Assembly: GCA_963705205.1 (NCBI GenBank)
Contig: CAVPJG010000008.1
Coordinates: forward strand, 72 to 64,071
Source: an uncultured Thermoleophilia bacterium
GTDB taxonomy: Bacteria > Actinomycetota > Thermoleophilia > UBA2241
Length of the DNA: 64,000 nt
Direction: 5' to 3'
Both the position numbers and the translations under genes were made by a program. Below are positions 55,638-62,840 of this stretch, one piece after another. Each line of letters opens with the position of its first letter. The stretch's first letter is position 1. The notes beneath the pieces are model-generated. The model saw only the letters and a list, made by a program, of their open reading frames with translations. It had not been told where the DNA came from and made no database searches.

Positions 55638-55643
55638 ACTCTA
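55638..55643 (-). promoter_or_regulatory. candidate -10 (TAGAGT) placed for a leaderless mntH transcript
   Basis: Gene sense: TAGAGT, then 6 nt (gtcgtc), then ATG 55631. No SD. Confidence 0.35.
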
Positions 55644-55738
55644 CCTCGCCCAGAGGCGGGCCCAGCAAGATGCCCGTCACGGAACGGCCCGGAGCCGGCC
55701 TAGCGGGAACGGGCCGCGACGCGGTGGCGGCTGTCGCC

Positions 55739-57241
55739 TCAGGCCGGCGTCGTCCCGTCGCTCTCCCGCTCGTGGAAGGGCCACTGGCCGGTCATGAAGC
55801 TCAGGAAGGCTTCGAGCAGCAAGACGACGCCGATGGTCAAGAAGATCCCGAGCCAGGACGACGTCACCAGCGCCAGGACGATCAGACCCACGACGAGGAC
55901 GCCCCAGCGGACGCCGGTCACGTGGTTGACGATCCACGAGGTGACGGGGGAGTCCGGGATGTGGATCTCGGCCTCCCGCCCGGCGACTCGCTTGCCCGCC
56001 GCGACCACGCCGGCGCGCACCTCCCGCCGGCCGAGCAGCCACACGAGAAGCGCCGCCACGACGCCGATCACGCAGATCCAGATGGTCATGGTGGTCAGCG
56101 GCTCGAGGGAGGCGTTCACGACGTCCTTGACGATGTGCTGGCCCTCGCCTTCCACGAGCTTGTCGGTGAGGTACAGCGACGCCCTTTCGATGAGAATGCG
56201 CGTGAGGAAGATAGCGATCGCGGCGCCGATGCCGAGGGCGATCGCAGTGCGCCCGCGCCGCCGCGACAGCCAGATCGTGAGCGCGATGAGGGCGGCTGTG
56301 AGCAGCGGCAGGATCCAGACCAACCGATCGAACCACTCGACCGCCGTCTGGGCCGGGCCGAGAGCATCTGACTGGAGCAGCGTGATCTGGCCGAAGTCGG
56401 ACGGCAGCGGCTTGCCGGACCAGTTCGCCACTTCCTGGATGGCCGCCTGAGGGTCGGTGCCGGGCTCGATGACCGGCGGGCTGAACCGGTCGGAGAGCCC
56501 GCCGGGCAGCCGCTCATCCGCCCAGAGCAGCACCTGGCTGATGAGCGGCAGGACGTTCAGGGTCACATTGTCGCCTTCGGTGTAGACGTTGGTGGTCTCC
56601 CCTCGCAGCAACGCGACCACCTGCTCGTGCCCGACTTCGTTGACCCTGAGCCACAGGTCGTAGGCCTTGTCGGAACTGAGCACCTTGTTGGCGCCCTTGG
56701 TGATGAAGTCCTCGACCGCGAGGGTGACCGGACCGGCGAAGAACTGTGCCCGGTCCGGCAGCGCGTCGGTGACCCGCTGCTGCAGGTCGGTCGCTTCGAC
56801 CACCTGGCTGCCGACGTACTCGCTGAGATTCTGGATCGCCTCGGGGTCCTTGCCGATGGGGCCGACCAGATTCATGTAGCCGTCGGTGTTCAGGACCGTG
56901 TAGTGGGTCCAGAGCGTGACTCCCGTGACGACCACGAGGAGACAGCACAGGAAGACGAGCACGCCGATGAGCAGGCGGCGAAGTCGACTGGGCCGGCGAG
57001 TCCGCACGGCCCCCTCCGGACCTGCTCCGCCCTCGCCGGCGTCGGCCGCTGCCTGAGTCGCGTCCTCTCTCTCGTCCGCCATGACCGCCGTGGATTCCTC
57101 GTCCGTGGCCTCACTCTGGGCCTCGGCTGCGGAAACGGCCGCCGGCTCCGCCTCGGCAGGAGCGGTCGCCTGGGTCACTTCCGTGACCTCCCCCGGCTCC
57201 GAAGCGCCGGCCTCACCGTTCTTGTGATCATTGTCGGCCAC
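55739..57241 (-). CDS. hypothetical polytopic membrane protein with acidic N-terminal tail
   Basis: 500 aa. About 85-aa Ala/Glu-rich N-terminus, one TM, about 200-aa extracytoplasmic region, then 4-5 TM. No family recognised. Confidence 0.65.
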   Translation of the reverse strand: MADNDHKNGEAGASEPGEVTEVTQATAPAEAEPAAVSAAEAQSEATDEESTAVMADEREDATQAAADAGEGGAGPEGAVRTRRPSRLRRLLIGVLVFLCCLLVVVTGVTLWTHYTVLNTDGYMNLVGPIGKDPEAIQNLSEYVGSQVVEATDLQQRVTDALPDRAQFFAGPVTLAVEDFITKGANKVLSSDKAYDLWLRVNEVGHEQVVALLRGETTNVYTEGDNVTLNVLPLISQVLLWADERLPGGLSDRFSPPVIEPGTDPQAAIQEVANWSGKPLPSDFGQITLLQSDALGPAQTAVEWFDRLVWILPLLTAALIALTIWLSRRRGRTAIALGIGAAIAIFLTRILIERASLYLTDKLVEGEGQHIVKDVVNASLEPLTTMTIWICVIGVVAALLVWLLGRREVRAGVVAAGKRVAGREAEIHIPDSPVTSWIVNHVTGVRWGVLVVGLIVLALVTSSWLGIFLTIGVVLLLEAFLSFMTGQWPFHERESDGTTPA

Positions 57242-57308
57242 GGCCGGCCCTCCTCGCTTGCTCGCTCGTTACCGTCCGGTCACACATTCCCCGCGGCGCC
57301 GCGAAGGC

Positions 57309-58517
57309 CTACGCGGCAGCTAAAGCCTGTTGAAGGTCGGCGATCAGGTCCTGCGCATCCTCGATGCCGACTGAGTAGCGCACGAGGCCCTCCGGGATGC
57401 CCAGCGCCGCGCGCTCCTCCGCCGTGCACTCGACGTGGCTCGTCGTCGCAGGCACGCCGGCGAGCGTCTCCACCGCGCCAAGGTTGGCGGCGAGGTGCGC
57501 GAGTCGCAGGCGCGGCAGCACGCGCTTGACGGCATCGAAGCCACCACGGAGCGAGAAGCTCATCATGCCGCCGTAGCCGCGCATCTGCCGCGCCGCCACG
57601 TCGTGGTGGAGGTGACTCGCCAGGCCGGGGTAATTGACGGCCTCGATGGCCGGCTGCTTCTGCAGCCAGTGCGCGATGGTCAGGGCGTTCTCGTTCTGCT
57701 GGCGCACGCGCAGCGCCAGCGTCTTGAGGCTGCGCACCAGCAGGTAGGCGGCCATGGGGTCGAGTGAGGCGCCGGTGATCTCGCGATAGTGGTAGACCTT
57801 CTTGATGAGCTCGGCGGGCCCGCAGAGCACGCCGCCGAGCGCGTCGGCGTGGCCGCCGAGGAACTTGGTGGCGCTGTGCAGCACGAGGTCGGCGCCCAGG
57901 GCCAGGGGGTTCTGGTTGATCGGCGTCGCGAACGTGTTGTCGGCGACGACGATGGCGCCCGCCTCGTGCGCAGCCTTCGAGAGGCGGGCGATGTCCATGA
58001 CCTTGAGGGTCGGGTTGGTCGGAGACTCCAGGTAGACGAGGCGGCACCCCTTGGCGATGGCCGCCTCGATCTGCTCGAAGTCGGAGGTGTCGCACAGCTC
58101 GACCTCCACGCCGATGCGCGGCAGGAAGTCGACGAACATCTGATTGGTGCCGCCATACGTGTCCTTGACGGAGACGACGCGCTCTGCCGGCGAGAGCAGC
58201 GCGAAGAGCGTGTTGCTGACGGCGGCCATCCCGGTGGAGAAGCTGGTGGCAGCCTCTGCCCCCTCGAGCAGGCGGACCTTCTCCTCGAACGCCGCCACCG
58301 TCGGGTTGGTGTTGCGCGTGTAGATGTGGCCCTCGCGCCGCCCGAGGGCGGCATCGACCCACGTGTCCACGTCCTCGTACCCGAATGCGGCGCTGTACAC
58401 GATCGGCACCTGCGTGCCGCGGTGCGCCCGCGCCGCGTCCTCGCCCGCCCGCACCGCCAGAGTGTCGGGCGAGAGCTCCCCTGCCTTGATGTCCCGCCGC
58501 CGCACCTCGTCGCTCAT
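57309..58517 (-). CDS. Cys/Met-metabolism PLP enzyme (cystathionine gamma-synthase / gamma-lyase / methionine gamma-lyase family)
   Basis: GGGAGG precedes ATG 58517. YTRNTNPT, VVADNTFATP, HSATKFLGGH (PLP Lys), VETLAGVPATTSH. Confidence 0.85.
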   Translation of the reverse strand: MSDEVRRRDIKAGELSPDTLAVRAGEDAARAHRGTQVPIVYSAAFGYEDVDTWVDAALGRREGHIYTRNTNPTVAAFEEKVRLLEGAEAATSFSTGMAAVSNTLFALLSPAERVVSVKDTYGGTNQMFVDFLPRIGVEVELCDTSDFEQIEAAIAKGCRLVYLESPTNPTLKVMDIARLSKAAHEAGAIVVADNTFATPINQNPLALGADLVLHSATKFLGGHADALGGVLCGPAELIKKVYHYREITGASLDPMAAYLLVRSLKTLALRVRQQNENALTIAHWLQKQPAIEAVNYPGLASHLHHDVAARQMRGYGGMMSFSLRGGFDAVKRVLPRLRLAHLAANLGAVETLAGVPATTSHVECTAEERAALGIPEGLVRYSVGIEDAQDLIADLQQALAAA

Positions 58518-58842
58518 GAGACCTCCCGCTGCACACACCGACTCCGCCGCGCGGCTCCGCGGCGCCTCGGTTCCTCGTGCCATTCTAGGCCTTGCGGGCG
58601 CCGCTATGGCAAACAGGCACCACGCCGCCGGATGACCCTCTCGTCGGCCAGGTGTCCGGCACGAGTCCCACGCGTACGGAGTCGTGTGGAGACTAGCGAA
58701 GATGGCGAGCACTTGGACCTCGGGAAACTACGAGTCTCGCCCCCAAGAGACTGCGAGGTCGCGGGCCCGCATCAGGGAGGCGGCGGCGCGCCGGTCGGGT
58801 ACAGTGAGTCACGACGTGCGTGCTCCGACTGCGGAGGTGGAC

Positions 58843-59319
58843 ATGGCGCCCTGGAAGCTGCCCCCCAGTGCCAAGGTCTTCGAGGCGTTCACCGCGGTCG
58901 CCGACGGCCGGGTCCGGCTCACCGGACCCGGCTCCGCGACCGTCACCTCCTCTGGCGGCGACAGGACCTACGACGTCGAGTGGTCGGACGACGGCAGGAC
59001 GGTCACCGCCAACGACAACGCCTCGTACTGGCAGGGCTACACGGGCTATCCCATCGTGGCGGTGCTGCTGGCGCTCGGCAGACTGCACGCCGACGAGACA
59101 GCTGTCGGCGCGTTGGCCGGCGTCCCCTGGCACAGCCTCAACAGACAGTACAGGCGCGACTACGACGCGGCGGTCGCGCACGTGCTCGACGAGCTGAGGG
59201 CGCACGGCGGCGACCCTTCACTGGTGGAGCGCGAGGTCGTCGCCGTGCTCGACCAGCTCGCGGCCCTCGGCCTGCAGCGCGGCGGGCGCAGCCGCCGGCC
59301 GCCCGCCGCCAAGAGCTGA
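58843..59319 (+). CDS. hypothetical protein (158 aa)
   Basis: GGAGG lies 6 nt before ATG 58843, inside ORF 58684..59319. MAPWKLPPSAKVFEAFTAVADGRVRL...YDVEWSDDGRTVTANDNASYWQGY.... No family recognised. Confidence 0.5.
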   Translation: MAPWKLPPSAKVFEAFTAVADGRVRLTGPGSATVTSSGGDRTYDVEWSDDGRTVTANDNASYWQGYTGYPIVAVLLALGRLHADETAVGALAGVPWHSLNRQYRRDYDAAVAHVLDELRAHGGDPSLVEREVVAVLDQLAALGLQRGGRSRRPPAAKS

Positions 59320-59358
59320 TCCGGCGGGCGGGCGCGGGCGCCCCACGGCACCATCCGG

Positions 59359-59766
59359 TCAGCTCGCCTGACCGTCCTGGTGCACACCGATGCGGTTGCC
59401 CTCGCTGTCCCTGAAGAAGCCGATGGTGCCGACCATCTCCCCCATGAACGTGGCCGGCATGAGGATCTCGCCGCCGGCGTCGGCGGCGCGCTGGAGCATG
59501 CCCTGGGCATCGCCGTCACACTCCAGATAGATGACGCAGCCGTCCTCGCTCGGCTTCGCCTGTTCGCCGACGAAGAGGTCGAACGCCACCGGCATCTCCG
59601 GCTCGTTCGCCTCGCCGGCGGGGGCGTCCTCCTCGGGGCCGGGCAGGGCGACACCCTCCATGCCTTCCATCTTGATGAACGGGCGCTGCAGGACCGCGCC
59701 GTAGAAGGCCATGGCCCGGTCGAGGTCCGTGGCCGGGATGTCGGCCCAGACGATGAGATTCTTCAT
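59359..59766 (-). CDS. VOC / glyoxalase-family protein
   Basis: 135 aa: IVWADIPATDLDRAMAFYGAVL...GFFRDSEGNRIGVH. Confidence 0.8.
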   Translation of the reverse strand: MKNLIVWADIPATDLDRAMAFYGAVLQRPFIKMEGMEGVALPGPEEDAPAGEANEPEMPVAFDLFVGEQAKPSEDGCVIYLECDGDAQGMLQRAADAGGEILMPATFMGEMVGTIGFFRDSEGNRIGVHQDGQAS

Positions 59767-59841
59767 GGTCGTGTTCCTCCGCTGCTCCGCGGTTGCCTGG
59801 CGTGTGGGACTGATTCCCGCCGGGGACCGGGGTCAATGCGT

Positions 59842-59870
59842 TTGACGTTGTTTTCCTACATGGCTATCCT
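59842..59870 (+). promoter_or_regulatory. sigma70-like promoter upstream of feoA
   Basis: TTGACG (59842-59847), 17-nt spacer, TATCCT (59865-59870), in a locally AT-richer intergenic region. Confidence 0.5.
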
Positions 59871-59877
59871 ATTGCTG

Positions 59878-59900
59878 TTGATTAGGCATCCCTAAATCAA
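59878..59900. promoter_or_regulatory. imperfect palindromic operator just downstream of the -10 (candidate metal-repressor site)
   Basis: TTGATTAGG-catc-CCTAAATCAA (arms TTGATT-AGG / TTGATTTAGG). The TTAGG...CCTAA half-sites resemble the IdeR/DtxR iron box (12/19 to TTAGGTTAGCCTAACCTAA by hand). Confidence 0.4.
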
Positions 59901-59928
59901 TCCCTGTCGGAACCCCAAAGGACGGCGA

Positions 59929-60156
59929 ATGACCCTGCTCGACGCGCGGCCCGGCCGGCCGGTACGCATCCTCAAGATCGCCGACGACCAGGCGCGCGCC
60001 CAGTGCGTGCGATTCGGGATCGGTGAAGGAACGGTCATCGACTCCGCGGAGACCCTCCCCTTGGGACCGGTGCTCGTGCGCCACTGCCGGCAGGAGATCT
60101 GCCTGGGGCGCAAGCTGGCCGGTCGAGTCCTCATCGAGGACGCGGTGAGCGCGTGA
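59929..60156 (+). CDS. feoA: FeoA-domain protein
   Basis: 75 aa: SH3-like VRILKI...RFGIGEGTVI...GPVLVRHCRQEICLGRKLAGRVLI. Confidence 0.85.
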   Translation: MTLLDARPGRPVRILKIADDQARAQCVRFGIGEGTVIDSAETLPLGPVLVRHCRQEICLGRKLAGRVLIEDAVSA

Positions 60157-62024
60157 GCGCAGCGACCGCGGCGGCGCCCTGCTGCCCGTCGCCCACCGTT
60201 GACGCACCCGCCGACGCGCGCAGGATCGTCCTGGTCGGGAACCCCAACGTCGGCAAGTCGCTCTTCTTCAACGCCTTCACCGGGCTCTACGTGGACGTCT
60301 CCAACTACCCGGGCACGACCGTCGCCGTCTCCAGCGGGCGCATGGGCCACGACGTCGTACTGGACACGCCCGGCATCTACGGCGTGTCCTCGTTCAACGA
60401 CGAGGAGACGGTGGCGCGCGACATCGTCATGGAGGCGGACGTCGTCCTCAACGTTGTCGACGCGGTGCATCTGGAGCGCGACCTCTTCCTCACCCAGCAG
60501 ATCATCGACATGGGCATCCCCATGGTCGTCGCGCTCAACATGGCGGACGAGGCCAGAGCCAAAGGCGTGGAGATAGACGTCGAGGAGCTCTCCAGCCGGC
60601 TCGACGTCCCCGTGGTCCCCACCGTCGCCGTGCGCCGCGAGGGCTTCGACCAGGTGCGCGCGGCGCTGGCGGACGCGCGCCCCGGGCGCTCCGACCCGCA
60701 ACTGCAGGAGCGCCTCGCCGCGCTGCTCGACCGCGCGGGCACGCGGCCGGAGGCGCTGCTCGTGCTCGAGGCCGACCGGTACGTCTCCGAGCGGACTGGC
60801 GTCAGCGTCGAGGGACAGCGCGACGCGATCTACCAGGACCGGCGGCGGCGAGTGGACGCCGTGGTCGCCGCCGCCGTTCACCGGCCCGCGGGCAGATCCG
60901 ATCTCGGCGCCCGCCTCGGCCGCGCCCTGGTGCGCCCGCTCGTCGGCATCCCGGTGCTGGCGCTCACGCTCTTCGCCATGTACGAGGTCATCGGCGTGTT
61001 CGTGGCCGGCACCGTGGTCGGCTTCACCGAGGGCACCGTGATGCAGGGCTACGTGGAGCCGTTCCTGCGCGGCGCGATCGAGCGGGTGACGGGATCGTCC
61101 GGCGTCGCCTACAGCATCCTCGCCGGGGAGTTCGGCGTGGTGACGATGACGGTGACCTACATCCTCGGGCTGCTCCTCCCGCTCGTGGTCGCCTTCTATC
61201 TGCTGATGTCGACCCTCGAGGACTCCGGCTACCTGCCGCGCATCGCCGCGCTCTCCGACCGCCTGATGTCGGGCATCGGCCTCAACGGGCGCGCCATCAT
61301 CCCCATGATCCTGGGCTTCGGGTGCATCACCATGGCGACGATGACCACCCGCATCCTGGGCAGCGAGCGCGAACGGCGGATCGCGACGGCCCTCATGGCC
61401 TTCGCGATCCCCTGCTCGGCCCAGCTCGGAGTGGTCGTGGCCCTGCTCGCCGCCGCCGGCGGCGGCATGATCGCCGTCGCCTACGGCGTGATCATGGTGC
61501 TCGTCTTCGGGCTCATCGGCCTGGCCCTCGACCGCGTCCTGCCCGGCAAGTCGACGGAACTGCTGATCGACCTGCCGCCACTGCGCCTGCCGCGCCCGCG
61601 CAACGTGCTCACCAAGACGTACCACAAGACGTGGATGTTCCTGAAGGAGGTGAGCCTGTACTTCGTCGCCGGCGCGCTGCTGCTCAGCCTGCTGGAGGTG
61701 ACGGGCGCGCTCCAGGCCCTGCAGGGCCTCCTCGCGCCCCTCACCGTCGGCTGGCTCGGCCTTCCTTCGGCCGCGTCGAACGCGTTCGTGATGGGCTTCG
61801 TGCGGCGCGACTTCGGCGCCGCCGGCCTCTTCGACCTCGGCCTCGGCGGCACCCAGATCCTCGTCGCGCTGGTGACGATCACGCTGTTCGTGCCCTGCAT
61901 CGCCTCGGTGCTCATCATCATGAAGGAGCGCGGCAAGGCCTTCACCGCCGCGGTCTGGTTCGGCAGCGTGGGGCTTGCCTTCTTCGTCGGCGGCGTCGTC
62001 GCCAAGCTCGCGGGCGTGCTGTGA
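60153..62024 (+). CDS. feoB: ferrous iron transporter FeoB
   Basis: GTG overlaps the feoA stop (GTGA). G-domain LVGNPNVGKS, DTPG, NMAD, followed by a polytopic membrane domain. 623 aa. Confidence 0.92.
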   Translation: MSAATAAAPCCPSPTVDAPADARRIVLVGNPNVGKSLFFNAFTGLYVDVSNYPGTTVAVSSGRMGHDVVLDTPGIYGVSSFNDEETVARDIVMEADVVLNVVDAVHLERDLFLTQQIIDMGIPMVVALNMADEARAKGVEIDVEELSSRLDVPVVPTVAVRREGFDQVRAALADARPGRSDPQLQERLAALLDRAGTRPEALLVLEADRYVSERTGVSVEGQRDAIYQDRRRRVDAVVAAAVHRPAGRSDLGARLGRALVRPLVGIPVLALTLFAMYEVIGVFVAGTVVGFTEGTVMQGYVEPFLRGAIERVTGSSGVAYSILAGEFGVVTMTVTYILGLLLPLVVAFYLLMSTLEDSGYLPRIAALSDRLMSGIGLNGRAIIPMILGFGCITMATMTTRILGSERERRIATALMAFAIPCSAQLGVVVALLAAAGGGMIAVAYGVIMVLVFGLIGLALDRVLPGKSTELLIDLPPLRLPRPRNVLTKTYHKTWMFLKEVSLYFVAGALLLSLLEVTGALQALQGLLAPLTVGWLGLPSAASNAFVMGFVRRDFGAAGLFDLGLGGTQILVALVTITLFVPCIASVLIIMKERGKAFTAAVWFGSVGLAFFVGGVVAKLAGVL

Positions 62025-62206
62025 CGATGCGCGGACCCGTGACGATGCGCGTCACCCAGGCCCCCCCACGCACGTGCGGCCTCCTCACCTGCCCCGAGTG
62101 CGGCCTCGAGCTCGACACCCTCGTGCTTCGCTGCCCGCGCTGCCTCGCCACGATCCCGCTGGGCTGCAGCGGCAACTGCAAGGAGTGCGGCAAGGCCGAG
62201 GGCTGA
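62021..62206 (+). CDS. Cys-rich (8 Cys) zinc-ribbon micro-protein downstream of feoB
   Basis: VTMRGPVTMRVTQAPPRTCGLLTCPECGLELDTLVLRCPRCLATIPLGCSGNCKECGKAEG. GTG 62021 overlaps the feoB stop (GTGA); ATG 62027 or 62045 are alternatives. An 18-bp tandem duplication lies at the 5' end. Confidence 0.5.
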   Translation: MTMRGPVTMRVTQAPPRTCGLLTCPECGLELDTLVLRCPRCLATIPLGCSGNCKECGKAEG

Positions 62207-62292
62207 CTGGGTCGAAGGCCGACTGTAAGAAGTCGCCTCCTCATGGGTTGAGACAGGTGAAGGGCAGCCAGCCCGGTACCAGAGGAGGACCC

Positions 62293-62787
62293 ATGAAGAT
62301 CGTCAAGACGATCGTGGCCACAGCGGTGATCGTGTTCGCGCTCACCACCGTGGCGATGGCCGGCGTGCAGCGGCTAGGGCACGAAGGGAAGGCCGCGACG
62401 GGAGCGGCGCAGGCGCAGCCGGCCGCGGCCGGAGCCGTTGCTCAGCATGCCGGCCCCGTGACCCTTTCGGCACGGCAGTTCGCGGCACTGCTCCACGCCG
62501 TCGCTCACGACGGCGACAGGGACCGCGCGGAGAAGAAGGTGCACAAGCGCTCCTCGACGCGCACCCACACGCAGGCCAAGGCGCGCACCCACATCACGAC
62601 GCACGCCGCCCAGCACGCGCCGGACGGAACGAGCTCGGGCGGCGGCGACTCCACCCGCCACACCGAGACGAAGGCGCGGACCCACACCACGACGCAGGCC
62701 CAGGCCCACGGCAGCACGCATGACGGCGGGACCCACGTCGGAGAGAGCCACGAAGGAGAGAGCCACCACGACGGCGGCCACGACTGA
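62293..62787 (+). CDS. secreted His/Thr-rich repeat protein
   Basis: GAGGAGGA precedes ATG 62293. Signal MKIVKTIVATAVIVFALTTVAMA. Internal repeat TQAKARTHITTHAAQHAPDG / TETKARTHTTTQAQAHGSTHDG. C-terminus THVGESHEGESHHDGGHD. Roughly 18 His by my count. Confidence 0.65.
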   Translation: MKIVKTIVATAVIVFALTTVAMAGVQRLGHEGKAATGAAQAQPAAAGAVAQHAGPVTLSARQFAALLHAVAHDGDRDRAEKKVHKRSSTRTHTQAKARTHITTHAAQHAPDGTSSGGGDSTRHTETKARTHTTTQAQAHGSTHDGGTHVGESHEGESHHDGGHD

Positions 62788-62840
62788 TCACGGGTGACGG
62801 GCGCACAGGTGACGAGTAGGCTGGGTGAGACGAAAGCAAG

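Noticed and set aside
58518-58842. Possible SAM riboswitch upstream of the Cys/Met PLP enzyme gene
   Set aside because: The leader can form GC stems (GCGGCGCC...GGCGCCGC; GCCAU...AUGGC). I could not find the SAM-I/SAM-IV core elements (e.g. GCAACC, GAGGGA...GGCCC). The region also has to hold the promoter of the divergent gene at 58843. cmscan would be decisive.
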